Origin: Octopus vulgaris | Lineage: Eukaryota | Length of the DNA stretch: 64,000 nt | Direction: 5' to 3' | NCBI GenBank assembly: GCA_951406725.2 | Contig: OX597830.1 | Coordinates: forward strand, 21,328,001-21,392,000 | Shown here: one piece after another, positions 27,030 to 46,527 of the stretch | How the letters are laid out: the number at the start of each line of letters is the position of its first letter | How positions within the stretch are numbered: position 1 is the stretch's first letter | Translations under genes and position numbers: made by a program | Notes under the pieces: generated by a model | The model's input: the letters and a program-made list of their open reading frames with translations, nothing else | The model's database searches: none | Told to the model about the DNA's origin: nothing

Positions 27030-27420
27030 TTTTTTTGTATCGTTTACTTGCTTCAGTCATTGGACTGCGGCCATGCTCGGGCACTGCCTTGAAGAGTTTT
27101 AGTCATATTATTCAGCCTAGGTGCTTAATTATAAGTCAGATACTTATAAGATATTTATTCTAGCAGTCTCATTTGCTGAACTGCTATGTTTAGGGAGACG
27201 TAAACAAACCAGCGCCGGTTGTAAAGTGGTGTAGAGAGAACGAACACAAACACAAAGACACAAGTACACACACACGCACACAAACACACACATACGAGAG
27301 GCTTCCACACAGTTTCCGTCAATCGAATTCGTGCACAAAGCAAACAAGTCATTGCTAAAGGAGCTGCCTAGTTGAACTGAACCCGAAACCACATGGTTGC
27401 AAATCAAGCTTCTTAAACAC
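27030..27420 (-). mobile_element. Diverged full-length type A SINE
   Basis: ttgcttcagtcattggactgcggccatgc...gaacccgaaaccacatggttgc. Confidence 0.75.
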
Positions 27421-27474
27421 AATATACAGACACTCCGATACACACACATATATATATATACATAATTATGCATG

Positions 27475-27505
<31 letters not shown>

Positions 27506-27610
27506 GTAACTATATATGTGCATATATATATATATATATATATAAGAACAAACTCGGAGAAAAGAAAAGAAACGAAACGACGCGAGGGCGCTCAGTCATA
27601 CAATAATTTA

Positions 27611-27744
27611 ATAAATAAAATACATGCATACATACATACATGTATGTACGTACCTACATCTACATGTATATATATGCATGTATATATACCTGTAGATGTA
27701 GGTACGTACATATATGTATGTATGTATGCATATATTTTATTTAT
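27611..27744. repeat. Near-perfect palindrome (64-bp arms, 6-nt loop, 3 mismatches)
   Basis: ataaataaaatacatgc...gtacgtacctacatctacatgtatatata TGCATG tatatatacctgtagatgtaggtacgtac...gcatatattttatttat. Confidence 0.92.
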
Positions 27745-27778
27745 AAAAAAATATATATATATATATACATACATACAT

Positions 27779-27828
<50 letters not shown>

Positions 27829-28168
27829 TACATAAATAATATTTTTATAAACAAACCCGAAAAGCTTTGCGAGTTACGGAGAGAAAGCTACAATGGAAGG
27901 CTCATAGTATAATAACTGTTTATAACATATATCATAATGATATTTATTCTCCGATTTGAAGCGACAATCTTTAAATATAAAACAAATGACTGAAAAATGA
28001 TGAGCTAACCTCAAGCTGGATCGAACTCACAAGTCGACGCTTTCATGGCTCCTTGCGAATCTGATTGGCTAAATGCTCACCCGTCAATTTCAATCAAATG
28101 TAGTTAATATATACTTAAACTGTCTTGATACTATATAAATAATATTTCTATAAACAAATCCATATGTG

Positions 28169-28200
<32 letters not shown>

Positions 28201-28312
28201 TGTATGTATGTATGTATGTATGTATGTATGTGTGTGTGTATGTATGTATGTATGTATGTATGTATGTATGTATGTATGTATGTATGTATGTATGTATGCA
28301 TGTATGTATGTT

Positions 28313-28369
<57 letters not shown>

Positions 28370-28469
28370 GTGTACATATCTATCTATCTATATATATATA
28401 TATATATATATACATACATACATATACATATATATGTATATATATACACACATACATATACATATGTAT

Positions 28470-28500
<31 letters not shown>

Positions 28501-29164
28501 TATTTGCATACACATATTTTAAGACAGTTCTTCACACAGAAATTAGATTTTCTTTTTTTTTTAGTCAAAGCATCATACCTCTTTGGAAGGTTTAACTTGA
28601 TGACATTTAAGAACGGCTGTTTATTATGTGAAGTCTTCGAAACAAATATGCCATAGTTGACATTTTAGGTCGCACCTAGAATCTATTTTAGATTCAATAT
28701 ATCTTTTATTTGTAAAGTATTTCGCAGTCTTCTCTTTGTTGTTGGATTACAAAGGCATAACCTTCAAAATGTGGCGTGGTCAACATAGCCCCCGTCTCAA
28801 AAACAGACTAAAACACCCCAATGATTTCGGTATAATTCTCACGTTTTCGACCTATATACAGACTCCTAGAATCACGCCAGAGGATTTCTTTGTCAAAGAT
28901 TAAAGAAGATTAGTCTATTAATTTGTGAGCCGTATGAAATATTCTTAAGTATGTCTGAGACAGACCTGGAACAGATCTGTAGTATGTCGTCGATGGGATC
29001 ACGAACAGTGACGAAAAGCTTCTGACGAACCTTTCTGATTGTTTGACTAATCTTGATTGATTGATTGATTGATTGATTGATTATTGATTGATTGACAGAC
29101 AGACAGAACCATTAATCAAACAATTGATTAGTTAATTGGTTAGATGGTTAACTAGTTGAGAAAT

Positions 29165-30565
29165 AATGGTTTCAAACTTTTGGCACATAACCAGCAATTT
29201 CAGGGAGGAATTAAGTCGATAATATCAACCAGTGTTCAACTGGTACTTATTTTATCGACCCCGAAAGGGTGAAAGGTAAAATTGACCTCAGCGTAATTTC
29301 AACTCAGCAACTTGAGTAATAATAATACAAGAAGTGCCATAGACCCAATGCGTGTGTTTATTTTTCGCATAATGACCCTACCAAGATACCACAATATATT
29401 TCAGCTTTAATAAATTATAAAAAGATTACAATATATTTCAGTTTTAATAAATGAAAAACTTAAATAATATGCAGAAAATATACCTTTTCGAAAAAGTTAA
29501 GATGTGTTAAATATAGTATGATACGTATGAAAAAATAAATAAGCATAGAATAGTGCTTTCTGATTCGGGGCACAAGGGGAGCAATTTTTAAAGAGAGGAG
29601 GTAATCGGTTCAAATAACTTGAATGGTTTTTCATTTTATCCTTCCTAAATGAATGAAAGGCAAAGATCCAGATGAAATACCGAAAAGCATTTTGTCTGTC
29701 GCACTAATTATTCTACCAAGACGCTATCTTCATCAATTGTTTCAGGTTTTGGCATCAACTCTAATCCTTGGCTCATATCTTTTTTATCGATCCCGGAAAC
29801 AAAAATGGAAGGCAAAGTTGACCTCGGCGGGTTTTGAACCCTGAACGTAAAAGCCGGAAGAAATGCTGCTAAGCATTTTATCAGACTCGCTAACGATTTT
29901 ATTTCTATTTATTTTTTTTTATTGCCCACAAGGGGCTAAACATAGAGGGGACAAACAAGGACAGACAAAGGGATTAAGTCGATTACATCGACCCCAGTAC
30001 GCAACTGGTACTTAATTTATCGACTGCCGAAAGGATGAAAGGCAAAGTCGACCTCGGCGGAATTTGAACTCAGAGCGTAACGGCAGACGAAATACAGCTA
30101 AGCATTTTTCCCGGCGTGCTAACGTTTCTGCCAGCTCGCAGCCTTTAATAATGATCCTTTCTACTCTAGGAACAAGGTTCGAAATTTGTGGGGAGGGGAC
30201 TAGTCGACCCCATGCTTGGCTGGTACTTAATTCATCGACCCCGAAATGTGGAAACGCAATGAAATAAAGAGCTGGAAGGAATTCCGTTAAGTATTTTGTC
30301 TGACATACATTCAATTCTACCAGCTTGCCACCTTCAATAACAATGATAACATTCCTTTCTAATTTTGGTACAAGGCCGGCAATTTTGAAGGGGATGGGGT
30401 TAGTCAATACAATCAAACCCCGACTAACTTTATTTTATTGACCCCCGAAAGAGTGGCAGGCAAAGTTGATATCGATGGTATTTGCACACAGAACATAAAA
30501 ATCTAGAAATGTCGCTGTGTATTTTCTTGGATGCACAAATGATGTTGACAGGTCGTTGCCCTAAT
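29165..30565 (-). mobile_element. Cluster of about six same-orientation type B SINE copies
   Basis: Recurrent atcgaccccgaaagg(a/g)tgaaaggcaaagt(c/t)gacctcggcgg at ~29255, 29650, 29790, 30020, 30235 and 30440. The best-preserved copy is 29905-30142. Confidence 0.85.
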
Positions 30566-31269
30566 GAATACAGAAAAGCAAAAGTAGATATTTCGATGTG
30601 TTTCTCAAGTAAGTTTAAACAGAAAGGGTGAAGGAAAAGAAGGGATAGGTATAGGGTCTAAGAGATGAGGGGTAAATATTTATAAAGAAAATATTAAAGA
30701 TAATATATATCATTTGGGAGAAAAATATCGTGTAAGCTAAAAAATGGGAGCAGTTATAGGTCAGTTCCGTGAGTACTAAATAATTATCTAGGGTAAATAT
30801 TAACTATTATTCTAAGAAAATTGAAAATTAAAAGATTAATAAAATATTAGAATATTAAAATATTAAAAGGAAACAGAGAGAAAAGGAAGAGAAAAAAGGA
30901 AAGGAAGATGAAATTAAAGCAAATTAAAAATGAAGATAAGATTTCAAAGCTTAAGGGAATATGGGTTAATGAAATCATATCAATTATTATTTAATTTGAT
31001 GTAATGAAAACGAATAAAATAAGGAATAAAAAAAGAAAGGATTTGTGTTGAAGTAAGGAAGATTGTGAAGAACTTGTTTCTCATTTGTTTGTTGAGGTTC
31101 AGAAATTCATAAATACTTAGTCCCAGCATTTATATCATGAGTGAATCATAGACACGCACTCACACGCAAATATACACATATACATACACACACCTTCACC
31201 CCCTCTCTCGCTCTCTCTCTTTCACATACACATACAGACATACGCGCACACCACATACTTATATCAAGT

Positions 31270-32520
31270 GCCTGACTCGGAATCGCATTACTTAAAGACT
31301 CACAGAAGTATCCATAACACGGTTGAGCCTTCGGATGCTTACTTCTGAGTAACAAGGCTTTCAGAGTAGTTGTTGGATGATGTGTAACGCTAGGGGTCAG
31401 TGGTGGGATTAGTAACAGTCCTTTAGTGCTATCTGCTAATAGTCGAACCAATGCTACTATATGGCTCAGAAACCTGGACGTTATCAAAGAAGCTTAAGAG
31501 GCGGTTGGATGGAACTTACACTTCCCTCCTTATGAGAGCTCAAAATCTCTTGTGGAAGCGTCATCCAACCAAAGTACAAATATATGGGAAACTACCACCT
31601 GTATCATCTCTTGTGAAAAGTAGAAGAGTCCAGTTTGCTGGACATTGTTGCAGAGCTGAAAACGAGGTAATTTCTACTCTTCTCCTCTGGAAGCCATCTG
31701 CTCGCGATACCAGAGGGCGCTCACTCTCCGACCCTGATGTAATCTCCAGGGATACAGGCATCCAACAACAGGATCTCCGTAATGCTATGATGGACCGCGA
31801 AGTCTGGCGTAACACAGTAAATTCCATTGTCTCGACCACGGTCGGGCAATGATGATGATGATGCTATCTGCTAGTAGACAGATAGAGGCTGCCACTGGCT
31901 GGTTTAAACCTCTATTCAGTCTTGATGTTTCTACAAACATAGCTTTCTATCTCTATCTATGCAACATTTCACTACCAATCACAAATATAAGAAACTTACT
32001 AATGTGCATAAGCTACTCTTATCGAGACAATACTGTATTTTGTCAAATATCGCACACTGTAACAAAAAACAAAACATGCATTTACTCTACTTTCACGCAA
32101 TGCACCAACATGTAACTGCTGCCACCGAAAGTTCTCTATCTTTCCAAGCCAGTGGTCTTCAGGACGACTCTCACTCCACCTGATATTATTTCAGTATACT
32201 ACACAAGAGTTCCAGCTAAGGACTTTAAAAAAGAAAATTAACCCAGTAAATAATCTCCTTCAGGTTCAATAAAAAAAAAACTGTACTTTTTTTAATCCTG
32301 CTTTATCTGGGGATTCTGGGATCGAGAATTTGCTCGGGTCAATATAACCTGGCGGATAATTGGCAACATTGCTCCTTATACTCCTGGAACACAAAGTTGT
32401 TGCCTTTGTCTCACCGAGAAATTGTGTATATTGAAACAACTACTTATATCCCATCGCAAATAAACCGTGCTGCCCGTTGGCTATCACAAGCAGGTCTCTT
32501 TACTGGTTAACTTTAAATAT
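31270..32520 (+). pseudogene. Decayed Penelope-like element (RT thumb, linker, GIY-YIG endonuclease), interrupted by an RTE-like LINE
   Basis: WFKPLFSLDVSTNIA (cf. WFNPPFSxNVxTNIG), ISYS, PTCNC, KDFKKR. 32296-32463 reads SCFIWGFWDREFARVNITWRIIGNIAPYTPGTQSCCLCLTEKLCILK (cf. YIW..K...IKW.I...APAY.P..KRCNLCLTEKL). Confidence 0.8.
31439..31861 (+). mobile_element. 5'-truncated RTE-like LINE with (GAT)n tail and 12-bp TSD
   Basis: ORF 31451-31852 LLYGSETWTL...RRVQFAGHCCR...MMDREVWR is a typical RTE-clade RT C-terminus. TSD tgctatctgcta at 31427-31438 and 31862-31873. Confidence 0.92.
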
Positions 32521-33167
32521 TAGGTATTAATTCTTTTCCATATGATTTATCCCATGTTTGCCAACAGCGTACTGCATAGAATTAATCACAAAACATTAGC
32601 TGTTAATAACGGCCATAACTCTTTACTGAAATTTCCTTAAACGTCGCTTCAATATTTCTCCATAAACTTTACACTTCATAATGGAATACCTAACAAGGTC
32701 AAGGAACATTACTTCTGCGCACCGTGCTGAAGCTACCGTCTACATAACATCAGTTGCCGGCTATCGCTCCCATCACTTTTAGCAGCTTCACTCAGGAGCA
32801 CTTAGCAGTCAGAAGCGGTCCCGTATCGGCATTATAACATCACGTGATGTGAAGCAACTAAACAGAAAGAACCTTATTTACCATCCAATGACAATCATCC
32901 TTATCTAGAAGCTGTGAAAGCCTGGTTAGCCAGAAGTAACAATCAAAAGGAACAAGAGGGCTTTTCTCGCTTCTGTGAAACTTTAAGTGACGCGAGACTA
33001 AGTCAAACTATAATTACAAGTTGCGTACATGCTTCGTGTTTACCAATTTCCTCTTCCACGAATTTTCGGGTCGCACAATCGCATAACTTCATACATACAT
33101 ATATACATGCATACATACATACATACACACATACATACATACATACATACATACATACATACATACA

Positions 33168-33201
<34 letters not shown>

Positions 33202-33250
33202 ATACATACACACACACACACACACACATATGTATATATGTATATATATA

Positions 33251-33414
33251 GGCGTGGCTGTGTGGTAAGAAACTTGCTTCCCAACCACATGGTTCCGGGT
33301 TCAGTCCCACTGCGTGGCATCTTGGGCAAGTGTCTTCTGCTATAGTCTCGGGCCGACCAAAACCTTGTCAGTGGATTTGGTAGACGGAAACTGAAAGAAA
33401 CCTGTTGTGTGTGT

Positions 33415-33454
<40 letters not shown>

Positions 33455-33690
33455 TTGTTGCTCCAACATCACTTGACAACCGGTGTTGGTGTGTTTATGT
33501 CCCCGTCACATAAGCAGTTCCGCAACATATACCGATAGAATAAATACTAGGCTTACAAAAAAAAAAAAAAGAGAAGGAAAAAAGAAAACGCCCCGGGCTC
33601 GATTTGGTCGACTAAAACCCTTCAAGGCAGTGCTCCAGCATGGGCCCAGTCAAATTACTGAAACAAATAAAAGAGTAAAAGTATAAAAGA
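33251..33690 (+). mobile_element. Full-length type A SINE with internal (GT)n
   Basis: ggcgtggctgtgtggtaagaaacttgcttcccaaccacatggttccgggttcagtccc...ctgaaacaaataaaagagtaaaag. Confidence 0.9.
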
Positions 33691-33779
33691 AAGTACACTC
33701 GCAGACATAAACGCCCTTTCTCATTCACTTGGAACGAGAAAGTTCACAACTGACCAAATGTACGCGTGTGTTTGTATAT

Positions 33780-38950
<5,171 letters not shown>

Positions 38951-39394
38951 TTTCTGCCTCTCCCTCTCCCGCTCTCATATCTCTCCTCTCTCGAGTCTCC
39001 TTTGCCACCTGTTTCCCCTCCCCTCCACCACAGTAGCAATAAGAGGAAATACAGAGAAGCTTCGAGAACATTGTAGATAGAACTCGGTAGAGCCTCAGAG
39101 GAAATGTCTTTGGAATTTCGATCCTGCATCCCTGAATTCTGGGTTCAAATTTTGTCCATGTGAACTATGCCATTCAACTTTTCAAGGTCGATAAAACTGT
39201 GTAACAATCTTACAATTTATGGAGTGGATTAAATCGAATGAAAGCCTCTTGGGGTGGCGTGGGGTGGGGTTGGATGGGGTACGGTGCGGTGGGGGAGGCT
39301 AAGGGTGGGGGAGTGCGGTGGAGGCGTGGAGGTGTTGTTACGAAATGGCCAGACTGTAATAGGACTGATATGCTAGTGTGAGACTATTGGTGAA

Positions 39395-39859
39395 GAAGAA
39401 GAAGAAGATGATGAAGAAGAAGAAGGAGGAGAAGAAGAAGAAGAACAACAACAACAACAACAAAAACAACAAGAACAAGAACAAGAAGAAGGTGATGATG
39501 ATGATGATGATAAGGGAGAGGAGGAGGAGGAGAAAGAGAAGGACGATGACGATGACGATGACGACGACGACGATGATGATGATGATAGTGGTGGTGATGT
39601 TGACGATGACGAAAATGACGATGACGGTGAGACGATGACAACAACAACAGCGATGATGACAATGCCAATAATGATGATGATGATGAATATGATGATGATG
39701 ATGACGATAACGACAACGACGGAGAAGAGATGTTGGTGGCAGTGACAGTGGTGGTGATGACGATGATGATGATGACAAGAGAAGTGATTGCGGTCATGTA
39801 TCTGTACCGACGACGACGAAGACGATGACGACGACGACGACGATGATGATGACGATGAC

Positions 39860-39890
<31 letters not shown>

Positions 39891-40715
39891 ATGAAAATGA
39901 TGAAAATGATGATGATGATGGTGGTGGTGGTGATAATGATGATGGTGTGGTGGTGATGGTGGTGGTGCTGTTGGTGGTGGTGGTGGTGGTGGTGGTGGTG
40001 GTGATGGTGGTGATGATGAATGACGATGGTGATGGCGATGATGATGAGGAGGACGGTAGTGGTGGTGGTGATGGTGGTGGTGATGGTGGCGGTGATTATA
40101 GTTATGTATTGCTGTTGATGGTAATAGTAGTGGTGATAGTGACAATAGTCGTGGTGGTGGTGGTGGTGGTGGTAGGGGCGGTGGTTGTGGTGGTGGTGCT
40201 GCTGCTGGTGGTGGTGGTGGTGCTGCTGCTGGTGATGCTGGTAGCTTTGGTGATAGTTGATGCTGTTGTCGGCGGCGTTGCTGATAGTGAATGGGGGACG
40301 GGTGGGGAGAAGTGAAAGTTCTGGTGGTTGAGTTAGTGATATTGCTGTTGTTGTTGCTGTTGTTGTTGTTGTTGTTATTGTTGTTATTGTTAGTAGTAGT
40401 GGCGGTAGTTGGGGTGGTGGTGGCGGTGGTGGTGGTAGTTAGCATAACTGTTGTCACATGACACTGTGCTGCTTGTTGACATAACACCAACGTAGTGATA
40501 ATGTTACACAGGAAACGTCATGTCACACGTACCATGAATGCGAACATGTCTGTGTGTCTGTGTGTGTCTGTGTCTGTGTCTGTGTGTGTATTGCTGTTGT
40601 TCTTCTTCTTGTTTCTATTGCTGCTGTTATTCTTGTTGCTGGTCTTCATGCTACTGATATTGTCGTAGCTGCACAATTTATTGTTGTTGCTCCTTTTTTA
40701 TTATTATTATTATTA

Positions 40716-40753
<38 letters not shown>

Positions 40754-40980
40754 GATAATAATAGTGCTACTTGTTGATAATTTTCTAGTTGTTGATACTT
40801 TGTCGTCGTCGTCGTGTTAGTAGTAGTAGTAGTAGTAGTAGTAGCAGCAGTAGTAGTAGTTGCGGCGGCAGCAGCAGCAGCAGTAGTAGTAGTTTTAGTA
40901 GTGGTAGTAGTTTTAGTAGTAGTAGTAGTAGTAGTGGTAGTAGTTTTAGTAGTAGTAGTGGTAGTAGCAGTGGCAGCAGT

Positions 40981-41044
<64 letters not shown>

Positions 41045-41045
41045 A
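39395..41045. repeat. (GAA)/(GAT)/(GGT)/(TTA)/(AGT)n trinucleotide tracts
   Basis: Direct reading. Confidence 0.95.
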
Positions 41046-41562
41046 ATGGTGTCTGTTCTTGTTGCAGCAGGTGGTAATGTTTGTTGTCGATGTTGTTGTT
41101 GTTGTTGTCAGTGATTTAAGGCATGTTTTTGTTTGTTGTTTTATTTACTTAACTGTTTTATGTTTATATTTATATTTTCGTTAGTCAAAACCAAAAACAA
41201 AACCAAAAACAATGAGTTACGGGGTCACCCACTGCTCCAACCGCCGCCCCATCCCGACCCCCCCACACACACACCGCCACCACACTCTGTGACCTTCCGA
41301 GACATGAAGGGTAGATGAGTGGATGGATGGATTGATGGATGGATTGGTGGGAGGAGAGGAAAAGGAGGCGGAATCATTTTTTTCCAGACCAAAGTCAAAA
41401 GAATCGCCATTCTTTAGAGCGCCGGACAAAAGAGTTTGCGATGCCTAGTCTCGCTCTCTGCGCTCTGAGTTCAGTTCGAACCCCAATAAGAGCAATGCTG
41501 TATGTCATAGGCGCAGAGCCAACCAGAGCCAACCCTGTTGAGAACACACACACACTCTCTCT

Positions 41563-41783
41563 CTCTTTTACTCTTTCACTTGTTTCAGTCATTTGACTAT
41601 GGCCATGGTGGAGCACCGCCTTTAGTCGAGCAAATCGACCACAGGACTTATTCTTTGTAAGCTTAGTACTTATTCCATCGGCTTCTTTTGCCGAACCGCT
41701 AGTGTAACGGGGACGTAAACACACCACCATCGGTTGTCAAGTGATGTTGGAGGACAAACACAGACACACAAACACATACACAA

Positions 41784-41840
<57 letters not shown>

Positions 41841-42257
41841 TACGACGGGCTTCTTTCAGTTTCCGTCTACCAAATCCACTCACAAGGCTTTGGTCGGCCC
41901 GAGGCTACAGTAGAAGGCACTTGCCCAAGGTGCCACGTAGTGGAACTGAACCCTGAACCATGTGGTCGGGAAGCAAGCTACTTACCACACAGCCACTCCT
42001 ACGCCTATATATATTTATATATATATATATATATTTATATATAAAAATATATATATATATATATATACATATATATATACATATACATATACATATATAC
42101 GACGGGCTTCTTTCAGTTTCAGTCTACCAAATCCACTCACAAGGCTTTGGTCGGCCCGAGGCTATAGTAGAAGAGACTTGCCCAAGGTGCCACGTAGTGG
42201 GACTGAACCCTGAACCATGTGGTTGGTAAGCAAACTACTTACCACACAGCCACTCCT
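41563..42257 (-). mobile_element. Full-length type A SINE (41563-42005) plus a tandem second head (42099-42257)
   Basis: cgacgggcttctttcagtttc...ttaccacacagccactcct occurs twice, separated by (AT)n. The tail occurs once. Confidence 0.9.
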
Positions 42258-42437
42258 TCGACCAAAATATTTAGGTCTTTCATTGGTATTCTTATGGACC
42301 TGGTATTTTTCTATGAATTTACCCATAACCGCATCTTCCTTCAGTAGTGCCATCACTCTCCAGTTTACACAGCTGGGAATTCTCCAGTCTACTACAAGTT
42401 TCGTTGGCCCTTTTTCACAACTGGGACGAACAAATCT

Positions 42438-42852
42438 GGGATCTTTTCGGTTTGAACGGCAGTTTTTCTAGCGGTGTCATATGAAATTGTCACCCATAAT
42501 TATGACCCAAGTATCGATCTATTGTATTTCAATGTTTTAGGGTTAGGTTTAGGGGTTGGGGGAGGGTATCTTTTTTTCTTCAGAAATGTAAATAAACCCA
42601 ATCTGTTTCTTAAACGAGGGACATATTCATATGTTACAGAATGTATTTTGTCTCAATGGACGTCAGTGATTGGTTGAAATTGCAGAAATTGAAGAAAAGA
42701 AACAACAAATATCATACAAACTATAGAATTTTCTCAATAAAGCCAAGAGAAAAAGATGTTTTATAAACACATTCTACCAGTATACGAAGTTTAAAATTTT
42801 TTAGTTACCTAGAAATTATGTTAAAAAGTTCCGTTCAAACCGAAAAGATCCC
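42438..42852. mobile_element. MITE with perfect 22-bp TIRs, 6-bp TSD and internal telomere-like repeat
   Basis: TIR gggatcttttcggtttgaacgg (42438-42459) and ccgttcaaaccgaaaagatccc (42831-42852). TSD aaatct at 42432-42437 and 42853-42858. ttagggttaggtttagggg at ~42537. Confidence 0.95.
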
Positions 42853-43183
42853 AAATCTTAACTGCAACAAAAAATACACAGCATTCAATCTTGGAGACTC
42901 ATCTTACACACAGGCAGACATATTGTCCACTATTTGTTTCACAAACTGTAAACGGAATTTTGCACAACTCCATTTCTTCGCCAAGACTTTCGATAGACCG
43001 TTGAGATAGGCATCAGCCAAAACCACTATAATGAGCCTCTATTTAAAGTTAATTCATTACCGTCTGGTTTTTGCGTTTTATTATTTTTTTGAAACAATTA
43101 GGAAAAGAAAAGTCAGTAGTTATCAGGTATCCTTACTCACTCCATATACGTATTCGTCCATATACCCACCTACAATGTAGAGA

Positions 43184-43257
<74 letters not shown>

Positions 43258-43521
43258 TTATACATACAAACACATATATCTATCCATATAGACACACACA
43301 CACACACATATGATTCTTGCTAATATTCTGACTATTTTTATTGTTTATATAAACATTTATGTGTGTTGGGTTCAAAGTACAACCCGAACACAATGTAGTG
43401 TGTATATTTTTATATATATATATATATATATCCACACATGTATCTATACACAAATATGTGTACGAACAAAAACACACGCGCGTGTATCCGTTTATACACG
43501 CGTGCGCACACACACACATAC

Positions 43522-43562
<41 letters not shown>

Positions 43563-43565
43563 CAG

Positions 43566-43601
<36 letters not shown>

Positions 43602-43639
43602 GTATGTATGTATATATATATATATAATATATATGTATG

Positions 43640-43888
43640 TGGAGGCACATGGTTAGTGGTTAGAGCAGCACACTCGCGGTCAAGGAATCGCGGGTTCGAA
43701 TCTCAGACCGGGCAAAAGGCAATGGCAAACTTTTGCTGACTCTTTCGTCACAACTTTCTCTCACTCTTTCCTCCTGCATCTTGCACCTCACCTGCGACGG
43801 GACAGTGTCCCGTTCAGGTGGGGAACCTATACGCCAAGGAAACCAGGAAACCGGCCCTCATGAACCAGGCGTGGCTCGAGAAGGAACA

Positions 43889-43890
<2 letters not shown>
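43640..43890 (+). mobile_element. Type D SINE, internally deleted
   Basis: tggaggcacatggttagtggttagagcagc...gggttcgaatctcagacc...ctgcgacgggac...ggctcgagaaggaacaa. Confidence 0.85.
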
Positions 43891-43930
<40 letters not shown>

Positions 43931-44627
43931 TTATATATAGGTAAAACTTACTTGGAAAAGGATGCGTGGCGTAGGATCATATAAATAATATATAAATAAT
44001 ATATAAATATATGCATATATACATACATATATGTACATACCTACATATAAATGCATATATACATGCATATATGGGTACAGGACATTAAAAAAACGTTGAA
44101 CACAATGAGAAACGAAAACACAAAACAAAAACATGGAAACGAACTTCTTTTCAAACAACGAAAAAAAAAACAGAGTACAAGACATATTCCCCTTCTTCAG
44201 TTGTCCCTGTTTCGTCTACTCCGCGTTGCAAAGGTAAAGACAAGACGCGACTTCATTGAAACAATCCTTCCCGCAAAGCAAATTAAATAAAATCTGGGAT
44301 TTTTTGCGGAGGGTAACAGTGGTAACAAGAAAAGGACAATAAGAACAAAACAAGACAGTAAAAAATAATAATAATAAAGTAAAAACAATAAAAGACAGAA
44401 CAATGAGAATAAAACAGTAAAAACAAACGTTGATGGTTGTTAAGCCAAGACGATGGAAAATTATTCTGAACGCTTAAAGAGACAGCTTATGAAAGGACCA
44501 GGATAAGCTGGTCTGGTCTTGGTGAAGATAGCACTTCCTACATGCATTCTATTATAAAAGAAATATATGTACATATATCTATCTATCTATATATTCACAT
44601 ACATTCACTTCTGATAGGCTTGGTATA

Positions 44628-45650
<1,023 letters not shown>

Positions 45651-46353
45651 TCAGTAAAATAGAATATATTTGCATATATCTGTTTGAACATGGACACATA
45701 TACACCTCTGATGGACATTCTTAGCCAAGGTCTAACCCACATACCAGGTAATGTATATAGGCAAAAATGAGTAACGCTGCGATGGACTGGCGTCCCGTCC
45801 AGCTGGGGAACACATACGCCATTGAAACCGGGAAACCGGGCCCATGAGCCTGGTAAGATTTTAAAAGGGCGCTTTTATTTATTTATTATATATATATCGT
45901 TGCTATTACGTTAAACTGTCGTATGTCCAAATTTGGCCAAATGTATTTTTTTCAATTAATTATTTTTGTTTGAAGTAGCCGGTACTTTTTGTCAAGCTAT
46001 CGTACTTCCAGCTGCTTCAGATGCCAAGATATTAATAATTATCAAAGTGTAGTACAACAGTTTTGCTATGGAATGGTTGAACTATTTCATCGTTTTCTGA
46101 AAAAGCAACGTTTTGAACACTTTTGCATAAGGATGATTAGGGTAAATGTTTTAAATTTTCCTTTGATTTCTGAATTACTACTATTTAGCGGTTTGAATTT
46201 GACTGCTCTTTCTTGTGAGTCGAATGGCCTATCAGGGCCATTCCTTAATATTGTTGAAATTATATATATATAGTCTGTGACTATTTTCTCTTTCTCACTG
46301 GACCGCTGGTGGCGAAAAAATTTCTATTGAATTTTTTGCTACCCTTATATTGA

Positions 46354-46399
<46 letters not shown>

Positions 46400-46402
46400 C
46401 AC

Positions 46403-46524
<122 letters not shown>

Positions 46525-46527
46525 TTG

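Noticed and set aside
30700-30820. Minus-strand PLE endonuclease C-terminus (TELTYNCSHF)
   Set aside because: Too short and degenerate to call.
42535-42560. Telomere or interstitial telomeric array
   Set aside because: Only about three degenerate units, internal to a MITE.
42260-43040. Possible pogo/Tigger transposase remnant on the minus strand flanking the MITE (IVDNMSAC)
   Set aside because: A single weak motif; needs blastx.
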